Positions 39,581 through 51,658 are shown, numbered from the stretch's first letter. The stretch: DNA of 64,000 bases from an uncultured Actinomycetes bacterium (GCA_963816425.1 CAWFKP010000006.1:747787-811786), one strand, 5' to 3'. Program-made: numbers and translations. Notes: generated from the letters alone by a model not told the origin.

Positions 39581-40048
39581 TCAGCTGCGGGCGTACCCGG
39601 AGATCCGATTGCCGCCGGCCGGGCGTCGTCGCTCTTCCGTCATCTTTCCGACCGCCGTCTGCGCGGACTGGACGAGCAGCGCGTTGACCGATACGCCGAT
39701 CGTCTCCGCCGCCTCCTCGAGCGTCGCCTTGAGCGCATCCGGCATCCGAAGCGTGACGCGGGCTGTGGTGCCGTCGTCATCCGGCGACGCGGGGGGGACC
39801 GGGGCATCGGGAGCGTCGACGTAGATCAGGCTGGCGTCCTTGCCCGACACCCGAACCTCGGCGTGGCCGGTCGAGAGTTGCTCGGTCAATTCGAGGGCGG
39901 CGTCGCCGAGGACGTCGAGGAGCCGGAGATGGAGCGACGCCTCGAGCGGCCGGGCCATGCGTTCCAGCGCGGCAGCGAGCGCGTCGTCGGAGCCGAGCGA
40001 CGACTCCAGGTCGCCGCGGATGGCCTCGAGGTGCGGGGTGAGATCCAT
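39581..40048 (-). CDS. HicB-like/ribbon-helix-helix DNA-binding protein
   Basis: MDLTPH...LRLLDVL...TARVTLRMPDALK...AAE..GVSVN; common actinobacterial pairing with DUF4097. Confidence 0.8.
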   Translation of the reverse strand: MDLTPHLEAIRGDLESSLGSDDALAAALERMARPLEASLHLRLLDVLGDAALELTEQLSTGHAEVRVSGKDASLIYVDAPDAPVPPASPDDDGTTARVTLRMPDALKATLEEAAETIGVSVNALLVQSAQTAVGKMTEERRRPAGGNRISGYARS

Positions 40049-40085
40049 AGAACCGTCCTTCCGTCTGGGAGCCGTACCATATTCC

Positions 40086-40176
40086 GTCACCAACCTTCCG
40101 TCATTTTGACGTCCTCGTCTGACATATCTATGACGTCATAGTGACGTCTCTCCCGACGTCTGTCAACCTGACGCCA
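40086..40176. promoter_or_regulatory. Array of TGACGTC(A)-like boxes, putative operator of the RHH regulator
   Basis: TGAC at 40107, 40120, 40131, 40142, 40169; CGAC at 40154; perfect palindrome ATGACGTCAT at 40130-40139. Confidence 0.6.
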
Positions 40177-40204
40177 TATCACCTGCCTGGGATAGGGTCC
40201 GAAG

Positions 40205-41203
40205 ATGAAGATCTGCACGATCGGCGGCACGAACTTCTCGGGCAGGGCCTTCACCGGGCTCGCGCTCGAGGCGGGTCACGACGTCACCGTGTTCCACCGC
40301 GGACGGGGGGACGACCCGTGGCCGGAGGCCGAGCACATCCACGCCGATCGCGAGGGAGGTCTCGGCGCCCTCTCGGGCCGTTCGTTCGATGTGATCGTCG
40401 ACTTCTGCGCCTATGTCCCCCGGCAGATCGACGAGGCGACGGCCGCGCTCCCGGACGGGCGCTACGTCTTCATCTCCTCGGTCTCGGCACATGTCGAGCA
40501 GGTGCGGGAAGGCGCCACCGAGGTCGACGACGTCTACGGCCCGCCGTTCCCCGACACGGAGGACGTCACGTGGGAGACCTACGGGCCGTTGAAGGTCGCC
40601 TGCGAGCAGGCGCTGCTGGCGTCGCGCGGCGACCGCGCCACGATCGTGCGGCCGCACTACATCGTCGGTCCCTACGACCCGACCGACCGGTTCACCTACT
40701 GGGTGCGTCGAGCGTCGATCGGCGGGCGCCTGCTCGCGCCGGCGCCGGCCGATCAGCCGCTGCAATGGATCGACGCACGCGATCTCGCGGCGTTCGTCCT
40801 GCATGTCGGCGCCGACGATGTCGCCGGCACCTTCAACGTGGCGGTGCCGCCGGGGCGGCATTCGCTCGGCGAACTCATCGAGACCGCCGCGGAGGCCGCG
40901 GGCTCCTCGGTCGAGGTCGCCTGGTGCGACCCGGAGTTCGTGGCTGCGAACGAGCTGCTCGTCTCGGAGACGAGCGACCCGTTCCCGCTGATCACGCCCG
41001 ATGAGCCGAACGCCCACCTCTTCGACACCTCACACGCGGTCGCCAGCGGGCTCACGTTCCGCACGCTGGAGTCCACGGTGACCGATACCCTCGCCTGGGA
41101 CCGCGCCCGAGAGCTGCCGGAGCTGAGCGCAGGCCTTGCGGCACAACGGGAGGCGGAGCTTCTCGCCGCCTGGGAGGCGCCGCCGGAGCCGTCGGCACCC
41201 TGA
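40205..41203 (+). CDS. NAD-dependent epimerase/dehydratase (atypical SDR, isoflavone-reductase-like)
   Basis: IGGTNFSG, FISSVS, YGPLKVACE, RPHYIVGP, DRFTYW. Confidence 0.88.
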   Translation: MKICTIGGTNFSGRAFTGLALEAGHDVTVFHRGRGDDPWPEAEHIHADREGGLGALSGRSFDVIVDFCAYVPRQIDEATAALPDGRYVFISSVSAHVEQVREGATEVDDVYGPPFPDTEDVTWETYGPLKVACEQALLASRGDRATIVRPHYIVGPYDPTDRFTYWVRRASIGGRLLAPAPADQPLQWIDARDLAAFVLHVGADDVAGTFNVAVPPGRHSLGELIETAAEAAGSSVEVAWCDPEFVAANELLVSETSDPFPLITPDEPNAHLFDTSHAVASGLTFRTLESTVTDTLAWDRARELPELSAGLAAQREAELLAAWEAPPEPSAP

Positions 41204-41285
41204 CCCGTGGTTCGCGCCGACGTTCACTGCGGCGCCCCCGCCTCCGATACCGTGGTGAGCACCCAACCGATCAGGAGCACAGCCG

Positions 41286-42500
41286 ATGCAACGCACGAGC
41301 GCACCGCTTGACCTCGCGGCCGTCGAGCGGGTCCTGCGACCCTACGACCGGGCCTTCACGCTTCCCGGCGAGGCGTACGGGTCTCCCGACGTCTTCGCGT
41401 GGGAGCAGGCGCACCTGTTCGAGGGATCGTGGTCCTGTGTGGGACGGACCGCAGACCTCGGCTTGGACACGCCGGGGGATCAGGTCGCGCTGCAGGTCGG
41501 TCGTCAGAGCTTCCTCCTCGTGCGCGGCGACGACATGGTCGTGCGCGTGTTCCACAACATCTGCCGCCATCGAGGTCACGAGCTGCTCGGCGTCGGCGAG
41601 CACCGCAACCAACGCGGCATCCGGTGCCCGTACCACGCCTGGGTGTACGGGCTCGGCGGCGATCTCCGCGCAACGCCGCGGTTCAACATGGATTCGCTGG
41701 ACAAGGCCGACTTCCCACTCGTCGAGGCGCGATCAGCCGAGTGGCGCGGGTGGCTGTTCGTCAACGCGAGCGGTGACGCGCCCGACCTGACGGACTACCT
41801 GGGAAACCTCGACATCGTCGTCGACGGTTATGCGCCGGAGACGCTCCGGCTGGGCGCCAAACACGAATACGAGCTCGCGGCGAATTGGAAGATCGCCGTC
41901 GAGAACTACTGCGAGTGCTACCACTGTTCGGAGATCCACCCGGAGCTGTGTCGCGTCACGCCCCCGGACTCCGACCTCGCCTACCCCGAGCGCTCGACGG
42001 GCGTCTGGCTCGGCGGGCCGATGGACCTGCTGGATCACGCGGTGACGATGTCGTTGACCGGTGCGTCCGACGGCGTGCTCATCCCGGGCCTGCCCCAGGA
42101 GAAGGCTCGGCAGGTCGGCTACTCCGTCGTGTTCCCGAACCTGCTGATCAGCCCGCACCCCGACTACGTGATGACGCATCGCCTCGTCCCCGTGGCCGCG
42201 GACCGCACGTGGGTCGAGTGCGCGTGGTACTTCCCCGAGGAGGCCTTCGCGAAGCCCGACTTCTCCCCGGCGTACGCGACCGAGTTCTGGGACATCACGA
42301 ACCGTGAGGATTGGGCCGCCTGCGAGTCCGTGCAACGCAACGTCACCTCAGCGGGGTATCGACCCGGGCCGTTCTCGTATTGGGAGGTCGACGTGTTCCG
42401 CACGCAGGCGACGATCGCACGCGCGTACCTGGAAGGGCATCTGTCGCCGCCCGAGCACGGGTACGTCGACGGTGTCGGGCGCGGTCTGACCGGCTTCTGA
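41286..42500 (+). CDS. Rieske non-heme iron oxygenase alpha subunit (GbcA/choline monooxygenase/N-demethylase-like)
   Basis: CRHRG...CPYHAW Rieske motif; NWK...ENYCECYHC..IHPEL; ED...CE.VQ. Confidence 0.9.
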   Translation: MQRTSAPLDLAAVERVLRPYDRAFTLPGEAYGSPDVFAWEQAHLFEGSWSCVGRTADLGLDTPGDQVALQVGRQSFLLVRGDDMVVRVFHNICRHRGHELLGVGEHRNQRGIRCPYHAWVYGLGGDLRATPRFNMDSLDKADFPLVEARSAEWRGWLFVNASGDAPDLTDYLGNLDIVVDGYAPETLRLGAKHEYELAANWKIAVENYCECYHCSEIHPELCRVTPPDSDLAYPERSTGVWLGGPMDLLDHAVTMSLTGASDGVLIPGLPQEKARQVGYSVVFPNLLISPHPDYVMTHRLVPVAADRTWVECAWYFPEEAFAKPDFSPAYATEFWDITNREDWAACESVQRNVTSAGYRPGPFSYWEVDVFRTQATIARAYLEGHLSPPEHGYVDGVGRGLTGF

Positions 42501-42535
42501 TCGCATCTCGGCACGGCGGCTAGGATGCCGCGGAC

Positions 42536-43696
42536 ATGACCCCCGGAAGGACCCTTGTCACCGTCGCGCTCGTCGTCTCGCTGCTGTCGGCGTGCACGGG
42601 CTCGACGACGTCCTCTGCGGTGTCGACCACACCGCCGTCGACGGCGACGACGAGCGACGCGCCGACACCGTCCGAGCCGAAGACCGGCACGATCGTGGCG
42701 GAGCCGGTCGCCACCGACCTCGATCATCCGGCCACGTTCGTCTTCGACGACAGCGGCGCGCTCTTCTACGGGGAGCGGCTCACCGGTGAGATCCGCAGGA
42801 TCGATCCGACGACCGGAAAGGACACATCGGTCTTCACGGTCCCCCACGTCGTCGGCGACGTCGCGAACGAGCAGGGTCTCGTCGGGCTCGCCCTCGCCCC
42901 GGACTTCCCGCACGACCCCTGGCTGTACGCGTACGCGACGCGCATGGTCGACGGGGTCGCGCACGACCAGATCGTGCGGCTCCGCGTCGACGGCACACGC
43001 GGGTCATCGATGCAGCTGGTGCTCGACGTCCAGGTCGCGGGAGAACGCCACAACGGGGGCCGCATGCTGTTCGGACCCGACGGGATGCTCTACGTCGTCG
43101 TGGGCGAGACCTACGACTCGGCGCTCGCGCAGGATCGGTCGGTCAACGGCGGCAAGGTGCTCCGCATGACCCCCACCGGCGGGATCCCGGCGGACAACCC
43201 CTTCCCGGGGAGCCGGATCTACTCCTACGGGAACCGCAACTCCTTCGGTCTGGCGTTCGATCAGAAGACGGGCGATCTCTGGGAGACCGAGAACGGCCCC
43301 GAGTGCAACGACGAGCTCAACAGGATCCAGCCCGGTCGCAACTACGGCTGGGGCCCATCGGAGACCTGCAAGGGGAAGGCGCCGGGCGACACGAACGCCG
43401 ACGGCCCGAAACCTGTTGCACCGCTGCTGTTCTACCCGACGACGATCGGACCGACCGGCATCGCGTTCTGCAACGGCTGCGGGCTCGGCACGGCGCGCGA
43501 GGGCGATCTGTTCTTCGGCTCGTTCAACACCGGCGATATCCACGAGGTGACGCTCAACGCCGAGCGCACCCGTGTGTCGCGCGACGCCACGCCGTTCAAC
43601 CACGGGAACCTCGTGCTGTCGATCGAGACGGGCCCCGACCACGCGCTGTACTTCAGCGACGGCGTGGGCATCTTTCGGCTGGCGCTCGAGGGCTGA
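42536..43696 (+). CDS. PQQ-dependent sugar dehydrogenase (GSDH family) lipoprotein
   Basis: Lipobox LSAC; EQGLVGLA, HNGGRMLFGPDG, GKVLR, YGNRNSFG, DELN...G.NYGW. Confidence 0.9.
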   Translation: MTPGRTLVTVALVVSLLSACTGSTTSSAVSTTPPSTATTSDAPTPSEPKTGTIVAEPVATDLDHPATFVFDDSGALFYGERLTGEIRRIDPTTGKDTSVFTVPHVVGDVANEQGLVGLALAPDFPHDPWLYAYATRMVDGVAHDQIVRLRVDGTRGSSMQLVLDVQVAGERHNGGRMLFGPDGMLYVVVGETYDSALAQDRSVNGGKVLRMTPTGGIPADNPFPGSRIYSYGNRNSFGLAFDQKTGDLWETENGPECNDELNRIQPGRNYGWGPSETCKGKAPGDTNADGPKPVAPLLFYPTTIGPTGIAFCNGCGLGTAREGDLFFGSFNTGDIHEVTLNAERTRVSRDATPFNHGNLVLSIETGPDHALYFSDGVGIFRLALEG

Positions 43697-43700
43697 GCGC

Positions 43701-44594
43701 TCACCCCACGGGAGGCGCGCCCGAGGAGCCCCGGGCCCGCTCCATCCGGCGGAACGCCACCACCGCCACCACGATGACGATCGTCGAGGTGACGAGCATC
43801 AGCGTGCCGATCGCGTTGGCGGCCGGCGTCGGCGCCGTCCGCGCGGCGCCGTAGATCGCCATCGACACCGTCTGCGTCGTCGCGTCGAGGGACAGCTGGT
43901 TCGCGATCACGAAGTCGTCCAACGCGAGCGCGAACACGATCGCGGCGCTCGCGAAGATCGACGGCCCCAACAATGGGAGCGTGACGCGGCGAAGCGTCTG
44001 ACCGGGCGACGCGCCGAGGTCCTGGGCCGCCTCCTCGTAGGAGGGCCCGAGCGAGAGCAGACGCGCGCGGACGATCACGACTGGGTAGGCCACGGACAGC
44101 ACGATCAACCCGGTCGCCTGCGCCGTGGTGCCGTACCCGATCGATCGGAACGCCTGGTTGAACAGCAGGAAGAGCGCCACGGCCAGGATCAGTTCGGGCG
44201 TCACGAACGAGAACATCATCATGAAGTTGGACGACCGCGACGAGACGCCCCGCCAGCGATGCAGGCCGATCGCGAACAGCACGCCCAGCGGCACCGCGAT
44301 CACCGCGGTGAGCAACGACAGCTTCAGCGTCTGGATCACGGCATGTTGCAGCGCCGGGTCGTGCAGCACCGACGCGTCCGGATCGGTGATGTACCAGCGC
44401 AGCGAGAATCCCTGCCACTGCGTGATCGATCGGCCACCGTTGAACGAGAAGATCACGGCCTGCACCACCGGGACGAAGATCCACACGACGTAGGCGATCG
44501 CCAACACCCACAGGAACCGCGCCTTCCCCCAGGGGTTCGCCAGCCAGTCGCGGACCCGATGCCGCTGCCGCGGTGGAGCGACGAACACGCTCAT
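43701..44594 (-). CDS. Polyamine ABC transporter permease (PotC-like)
   Basis: FSFN...WQGFSLRWY; EEAAQDLGAS EAA motif; LDDF. Confidence 0.9.
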   Translation of the reverse strand: MSVFVAPPRQRHRVRDWLANPWGKARFLWVLAIAYVVWIFVPVVQAVIFSFNGGRSITQWQGFSLRWYITDPDASVLHDPALQHAVIQTLKLSLLTAVIAVPLGVLFAIGLHRWRGVSSRSSNFMMMFSFVTPELILAVALFLLFNQAFRSIGYGTTAQATGLIVLSVAYPVVIVRARLLSLGPSYEEAAQDLGASPGQTLRRVTLPLLGPSIFASAAIVFALALDDFVIANQLSLDATTQTVSMAIYGAARTAPTPAANAIGTLMLVTSTIVIVVAVVAFRRMERARGSSGAPPVG

Positions 44595-45512
44595 GCCGCA
44601 CCCACCTGTGTCGCCGCGCGTTGCGTGCTGCGCAGGTAGTACACGATCGGGATGATCAACAACACGAGCAGGAACAGGATCAGCGCGGCCCCCTGCGGCA
44701 CGAAGATCGGCGTGCGCGAGACTGTCGACGACCGCGTTGCCGATCATCCTCGTGCCGCTGGTCCCCGCCAGCAGCTGCTGGGTGAAGTAGTCGCCGAACA
44801 TCGGCAGCGCGCAGATCACGAACCCGGCGAGGATCCCCTGGCGCGACTCCGGGAACGTGACGCGCCAGAACGTCTGGGCCGGGCTCGCGCCGAGGTCACG
44901 GCCCGCCTCGAGGATCGAGGGATGGATGCGATCCAACGTGGCGAACAGCGGGAGCACCATGAACGGCACGTACCCGTAGACGAGGCCGATGATCAACGTC
45001 GCGGGCTTGCCGGCGAGCCACGGGTACGGGCTGTGGATGATCCCGAGGCGCTGCAGGACCGAGTTGATCAGCCCGTCGTCTTCCAGCAGCGAGATCCACG
45101 CCAGCATCCGAAGCATGTAGGAGATCCAGAACGGGGCGAAGAACAACGCGATGAACAGCCCCCGCCACCGCCCCGCGTGCCGAGCCAGGAAGTACGCGAA
45201 CGGGTAGCCGACGAGCAGACACAGGAACGTCGCGATCCCCACGTAGAGGAAGGTCCGCACCAGGGCGGCGTGATACAGCCCATCGGCATGTGTCACGTTC
45301 GACAGCGTGAACGTGAGCACCGCCGGGTTCCACCGCAGCGGGTTCCACGCCGGAACGGGCAGCCGCAGGATGTCGTCCACGCCGCCGAAGGCCACCGCCA
45401 GCACGACGAAGAACGGGAAGACGAAGAACACGAGCAAGAAGACCGTCGCCGGCATGGCGAACGACGGCCAGTACCACCGCGGGTACCACCCGGTGCGAGG
45501 TGCTTTAGACAC
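44591..45512 (-). CDS. Polyamine ABC transporter permease (PotB-like; frameshift near 44715)
   Basis: GYPFAY, PFWISYMLR..AW, YVPFMVLPL, EAGRDLGA, MIGN. Confidence 0.88.
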
Positions 45513-46830
45513 CCGCCGTCAGCTCGGCGTACGCGGCCTGCCACAAGGCATCCGCGGTCGCCGGCAACTCGAGCTCCCGCGAGCCGCGGTCCATGTCGCT
45601 CTCGACGATGTACACGTTCGCGAGATGCTCGGGCGACCAGCCCGCTGCTCACGAGCGCGTCACGGGTCATCGCCTTGATCGGCATCTGGTAGCCGGTCCA
45701 GGTCTCGAAGTTCGTCATCGCGTTCTGCGAGTCGAGGATGTGGTTCAACAAAAGGTGCGCGAGCACCGGCGCCTTGCCGGTGTTCAGCAGGACGAGCGTG
45801 TCGTTGTCGACGTTGCCCGGCACGCCGCTTTCGACCGGCCAGACGTAGGACAGGTTCTCGGCCTGATCGCCTGCCGGCAGGAACACGAAGGCGTCGCTGA
45901 CGTTGCCCGACCAGGACTGATGCAGGTAGGCCTGTCCCTTCGGCACGTCGGTGTAGTCATCGTGATCGAAGACGGCGTTCGTCGCGTTGACGACCTCGGA
46001 GATCGCGTCCTTCGCGGAGGTGATCGTCGCCTGATCGGTCGATGTTCACGTCGGTGAGTCCCTCGCGGAACATCGCCATCGACAACACGTCCTGGGCGTT
46101 CGCGAGCAGGTGGGTCTTGTCCACCGGCGCGCCGCTCCAGAAGATGTCGTATGGGTTCGCCATGCCGGCGATGTCGTCGCTGATCTTGTCGTTCCGCCAG
46201 AAGATCCCGGTGCTCCACACGGAGTACGGCAGCGTGTAGTGCGAGTCGACGTCGTAGAACGGGCTCTGGAACGTGTCCCAACAGTTGGCCGGGAGGTTGG
46301 GGATGTAGTCCAGGTTGATCGGGCGCAGCAGCCCGGCGGCGATCGAGCGGCCGACCGCCCAGACGTTCATCCCGACCAGCAGGTCGAAGTCGCCCTGACC
46401 GGTGTTGATCTTCGCAAGCCCCTTGTCCATGTCGACGAACTCGGTCTGCTCGACGGTGCAGCTGTACTTCTTCTCGAACGACTTGATCACCGAGGGGGCC
46501 AGGTAGTACGGCCAGCGGAGGATCTTCACGGTGGCGTTCTCCTCCGGCGGGAGGTCGCTCGCGATCAGCTCGGCTGTCATCGACGTTCCAGGTGACGGGC
46601 GCGTCGGGACGCGCCAGGGGATAGGCCGCGCCGGAGATGCCGCCGGTGCCGTACTGGCTGCCGCTGCCACCGGAGGCCGCGGACGTCGCCACGCTGCTCT
46701 GCGCGCCACTGCCGCACGCGGCGAGGATCGCCGACAGGCTGGGGACCGCGATGCCGGCGAGCGCTGCCCGCTGGAGGAACGCGCGACGACTGTAGAGCTG
46801 ACGTTCTTTCGGGTGCAGCGGTCGGACCAT
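45505..46830 (-). CDS. Tat lipoprotein polyamine-binding protein (PotD-like; frameshifts near 46575, 46035, 45630)
   Basis: SRRAFL Tat motif plus LAAC; WPYYL, FEKKY, PFYD...YTLPY, QSWSG, DND spread over three frames. Confidence 0.8.
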
Positions 46831-46940
46831 GCTGAGCTCCTCCTCCGGGGTGCGCGGATGCGTTGGTGCGCTTCGTACACCGGAATACGGTGCCGACGCA
46901 AACTCCGGCTTGGGTTGCGGGTCATCTCTACACTGCAGGC

Positions 46941-48773
46941 ATGCCCAGCAGAGACGACATCCGCAACGTGGCCATCGTGGCCCACGTCGATCACGGCAAG
47001 ACCACCCTGGTGGACGCCATGTTGTGGCAGTCCGGCGCGTTCCGGGCGAATCAGGACGTGGCCGAGCGGGTGATGGATTCCATGGATCTCGAGCGGGAGA
47101 AGGGCATCACGATCCTGGCCAAGAACACGGCCGTGCGATTCGGCGACATCAAGATCAACATCGTCGACACGCCCGGGCACGCCGACTTCGGGGGAGAGGT
47201 GGAGCGGGCGCTCACGATGGTCGACGGCGTCCTGCTGCTGGTCGACGCGTCCGAGGGTCCGTTGCCGCAGACGAGGTTCGTGTTGCGGAAGGCGCTCGAA
47301 TCGAGGTTGCCCGTCGTCCTGGTGGTCAACAAGGTTGACCGTCCCGACGCCCGGGTGGAGGAGGTCGTCCACGAGGTCGAGGAGCTGTTCTTGGACCTCG
47401 ATGCCGACGAGCACCAGATCGATTTCCCGATCCTGTACGCGAACGCGCGGGACGGTCACTGCGGACGGGCGCCCGACGCGTTGGAGGACTCGCTCCGACC
47501 GCTGTTCGACACCCTGCTCGCGCACGTGCCCGCGCCGACGTACGAGCAGGATGCGCCGCTCCAGGCGCTGGTGACCAACCTGGACGCCTCCCCCTACCTC
47601 GGTCGCCTGGCGCTCTGCCGGGTCCGCAACGGGACGATCCGTCGCGGGCAACAGGTGGCGTGGTGCCGGGCGGACGGCACGATCGAGCGGGCCAAGATCG
47701 TCGAGTTGTACGTGACCGACGCCCTGGATCGGGTCGAGGCCGAGGAGGCGGGCCCCGGGGAGATCTGCGCGATCGCCGGGATCGCGGACGTGACGATCGG
47801 CGAGACGCTCGCCGACCCCGACGACCCGCATCCGCTCCCGGTCGTCCGCGTCGACGAGCCCTCGTTGTCGATGACGATGGGGATCAACACCTCGCCGCTG
47901 TCCGGCCAGGACGGCTCGAAGGTCACCGCGCGGCTCGTCAAGGCGCGGCTGGACCAAGAGGTCATCGGGAACGTCTCGATCCGCGTGCTTGACACCGAGC
48001 GGCCCGAAACGTGGGAGGTCCAGGGCCGCGGCGAGCTCCAACTGGCGATCCTGGTCGAGGTGATGCGCCGCGAGGGGTTCGAGCTGACGGTCGGCAAGCC
48101 GCAGGTCGTGACGAAGACGGTTGACGGGAGGCTGCTCGAGCCGATGGAGCGTGTGGCGATCGACGCGCCCGAGGACTACCTCGGCGTGATCAGCCAGCTC
48201 CTCGCGCTGCGGAAGGGCCGCATGGAGCAGGTCGTGAACCACGGCACCGGATGGATCCGCATGGAATACATCGTGCCGTCGCGCGGTCTGATCGGGTTCC
48301 GAACGGAGTTCATGACCGAGACACGCGGCACGGGTCAGCTGCACCACGTGTTCGACGGCTACGAGCCGTGGCACGGGGAGCTGCGAACGCGGCCCTCGGG
48401 CTCGTTGGTCGCGGATCGACGCGGGCCGACCACCAACTTCGCGCTGCTCAACCTCCAGGAGCGTGGCGTGATGTTCGTCGGCCCCGGGGAAGAGGTCTAT
48501 GAGGGGATGATCGTCGGCGAGAACGCCCGCGCCGACGACATGGACGTGAACCCGACGAAGGAGAAGCAGCTCACGAACATGCGCAAGGCCAACGCCGAGG
48601 AGCTCGTGCGGCTGATCCCGCGGACCCTGCTGTCGCTCGAACAGGCGCTCGAGTTCATCCGCGAGGATGAGTGCGTCGAGGTCACGCCGAAGAACGTGCG
48701 ACTGCGCAAGGTGCTGCTCGGTGCGAACGACCGCGTCCGCGCGTCGCGTCGTGGGCGGCCCGCGAAGGACTAG
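46941..48773 (+). CDS. typA: Translational GTPase TypA/BipA
   Basis: [53 protein letters not shown]. Confidence 0.98.
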   Translation: MPSRDDIRNVAIVAHVDHGKTTLVDAMLWQSGAFRANQDVAERVMDSMDLEREKGITILAKNTAVRFGDIKINIVDTPGHADFGGEVERALTMVDGVLLLVDASEGPLPQTRFVLRKALESRLPVVLVVNKVDRPDARVEEVVHEVEELFLDLDADEHQIDFPILYANARDGHCGRAPDALEDSLRPLFDTLLAHVPAPTYEQDAPLQALVTNLDASPYLGRLALCRVRNGTIRRGQQVAWCRADGTIERAKIVELYVTDALDRVEAEEAGPGEICAIAGIADVTIGETLADPDDPHPLPVVRVDEPSLSMTMGINTSPLSGQDGSKVTARLVKARLDQEVIGNVSIRVLDTERPETWEVQGRGELQLAILVEVMRREGFELTVGKPQVVTKTVDGRLLEPMERVAIDAPEDYLGVISQLLALRKGRMEQVVNHGTGWIRMEYIVPSRGLIGFRTEFMTETRGTGQLHHVFDGYEPWHGELRTRPSGSLVADRRGPTTNFALLNLQERGVMFVGPGEEVYEGMIVGENARADDMDVNPTKEKQLTNMRKANAEELVRLIPRTLLSLEQALEFIREDECVEVTPKNVRLRKVLLGANDRVRASRRGRPAKD

Positions 48774-49580
48774 GGACGGCTTGTAGCTGCGTCACGCACG
48801 GGGAGATCCGTGTGGTCGGGCATCCATCGATCGAAGTCGGTCGCCTCGTCGAGCCCCACGAGCTGCCGCTGCGTCGGGCGTCAGGCGCTCGGCGACGGTC
48901 GGCATCCAGGGCGAGATCGTCGCGCGGCCGGATCCATCGGTACGTGTACGCGAAGAACAATGCCTTGCGGACCCGGTCGGATGGGTTGGGACCGCGCATG
49001 TGCCAGAGCCGGCGGTCGAACACGACCGCGTCGCCGGGCGCGGCGAGGATCGGGATGGCGGCCGGCGCGTCGTCGTCGCTCGCCCGCTCGAGGGTGTTGC
49101 GCACGTGCGACCCGGGCACCACCAAGAAGTTCCCGCGGTCGGGACTCCGCAGATCCGTGAGGAAGAACGCGACCTTCAGGGAGAGCCGAGGGCGGGGATC
49201 CGTCTCGAGATCCCGATTCTGGATCCCGCCGTCTTGATGCCACCGCCAGCGTGTGCGGCGGCTCGTTCTCGGGCGGATGGACGTCGAGATGACAGTGGTA
49301 CATGAAGATGTTCGGTCCCAGGACGTCCACGATCGTCCCCAACGTGCGGGGGTGATCCAGCAGGTCGAGGAACCGCGGATCCTCGTTGAGGAACGCGAGG
49401 AGGTGCAGGGGCTCTCCTCCCCGGCGGGGAGGCGTCGTCGCGATGCCGGCGCCACACCTCGTCCACGGTCAGGCGGAGGTCGGCCACCTCCTCGGGGGGA
49501 AGCACGCCCCGGAGCAGCGCGTATCCGTCGGTTTCGAGCTGCATGACGGCGTCGATCGACGGCTCGGTGAGCGTGTGCAC
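48770..49580 (-). CDS. Phytanoyl-CoA dioxygenase (PhyH)/EctD-like Fe(II)/2-oxoglutarate dioxygenase (about 3 frameshifts)
   Basis: [33 protein letters not shown] spread across frames; SD AGGAGG. Confidence 0.78.
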
Positions 49581-49642
49581 GACTGACCTCCTGCTCGGCC
49601 TACCCCACAGAGACCGGTGCGAGCCCGGGAAAGTTCCCGGAG

Positions 49643-51658
49643 CTAGGTGGAGGGCGCGGGCACGACGTCGGCGTTGCCGAGGGCGTCGCCCTCCGGTGCC
49701 TCGACCGTCGAGCGGCCGATCTTCCGGGCGCCGAACACCCACGCCAGCATGTAGAGGATCGCGGCGATCACGAGCAACCCGCGGTACCCGGTGATCAGCG
49801 AGAGGTACTCCAGTACCCCGCCGAACATCGCGCCGAGGAGGTTCGCGCCGAACGCCGTGGTCGGGTCCGCGGTGTCGCGGAAGCGTTCGGCGAAGACGAG
49901 GTTCGCGATGAAGACCGGGAAGAAGGCGAGGGCGGAGGCGGCCAGGAAGCGCGGCGCGGTCGAGAGCGAGAGCAGCCATGAGCCCGGCACGAGGCCGGCC
50001 ACCAGCAGTCCGCCGAAGAGCAAGCGAGAACAACAGCCCCGGTCGTCTGATCCGCGTTCGACGTTCGACCTCGATCGCGGCGAGGATCACCAGCAAGATG
50101 CCGGCGAACACGAGCGCGTTGACGAACCACGTCGTGCCGAACAGCAGTGCGAACTGCACCACGGACTTGGTCTCGAGCAGCAGGAAGCCCGCGCCCATGA
50201 AGAAGAGGTCGAGGTAGCCGCGCATCGCGCCGAACTTGCCCCCGGCGAGGCGCACGGACAGGGCCGAGACGATCAGGATCAGGCCGAGGGTCCACAGGTA
50301 CCGCGAGGGGATCGACGGGCGTCTTCAGGTAGACGAAGGGCCGGTCGTCGGTGGCCGGCGGCACCACTTCGCCGCTCGGAGCCCAGGTGGCGTCGCAGTG
50401 TGTCGCAGCCGGGTCCGTGCCGACGTCAGCATCGAGAACGTTCCGACCCCGTCGCCGCCGCGTCTCGCCCAGATCGAGGCACGGCGCGTGGCCGTAGACG
50501 CCTTCCAGCCCGCCGGCCAGGCGATCCAGGAGCCACGGTTCGCGGTAGAAGTTGTACATCGAGAAGGCGCCTTCGTCGGTCAGATGATCGCGAGCGGCCT
50601 CCATCGCCTCCTTCGTGAAGAGGAAGCTCTCGAATCTGACGGCGGACTGTCCGCTGACGAGCGTGAGGGAGTCGGGCAACGCGAAGATGATCAGGTCGTA
50701 CTTCGTGTCGGTCTGCTGCAGGAACGCTCGGCCGTCGTTCGCGATCCGTGTGACCCGTGGGTCGTCATACGGGTGCAGGGGGTGATAGGTCTCGCCGAGG
50801 TCCTGCAGGACCGGGTCGATCTCGACCGCGTCGACGTGCTCCGCCCCCGCCGCGAGCGCCGCGGCGACGTCGTTCCCGTTCCCGGCCCCCACGATGAGGA
50901 CGTTCTTCGGCGGCGAGGACATCAGCTCATACGGCTTTTGGTAGATCGTGCCGTTGATGTCGATCATCCCCTGGTGGGGGATGCCGTTCACATCGATCTG
51001 GCGGAGATCGGCGTAGTACTGCACCCGGTAGTACTGCGACCAGATCGTGAGTCCTGCGCTCGTCCCGACGACGGCGATGAGCACGAGCGCGATACCGGCC
51101 GCGACGTCGATGGCCCTCGGCCGCCATTTCAGCAACACGATGAGGACCGCGATCACGATCATCCAGCCCACCGGCGGATACACGGAAGTAGGCCAGGAGG
51201 GAGTAGGCGATGATCCCGGAGAGCGATCCGATGATGTCGAGTCGGTAGGCCTCGAGCGCGGAGAACTTCTGGAACCGTTGCGCGACGCCGTAGGCGATCA
51301 TCATCATGATCGCGGCCACCGCGAGGAAGACGAACGGCAGCACGACCCAGGTGGGCAACCCCTTCGTTTCGAGCGAGCCGAAGAAGATCAGGTTGCTCCC
51401 GCCACGGTCGATCTGGACCGGGAACCCTTTGACGAGCCCGATGAAGATCGCCAATGAGACCGGAGCCCATCGGAACAGGTCGGGGCCGCGATGCGCACGC
51501 AAGAACCCCAAGCCGATCCCGAGGAAACTCCCGAGCAGCACGAAGTTCGAGAAATACGACAGATAGACGATGTACGCCCCCGCCCAGCGGATCAACACGA
51601 GCTCCGTGAAGAGCATCAGGAAGCTGGCGAGCAGCAGCTGCAGCCGGTCGTTGCGCAT
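49643..51658 (-). CDS. Membrane-fused spermidine-synthase-like SAM-dependent transferase (about 3 frameshifts)
   Basis: TM block; WSQYY; VLIVGAGNGNDV; AVEIDP; NDGRAFL; YDLIIFALPDSL; TDDRPF; FGANLLGAM. Confidence 0.82.

Noticed and set aside
43701-45512. 603-aa PotB-PotC fusion in the ORF track
   Set aside because: A frameshift near 44715 joins the frames; a normal ATGA overlap exists at 44591-44594
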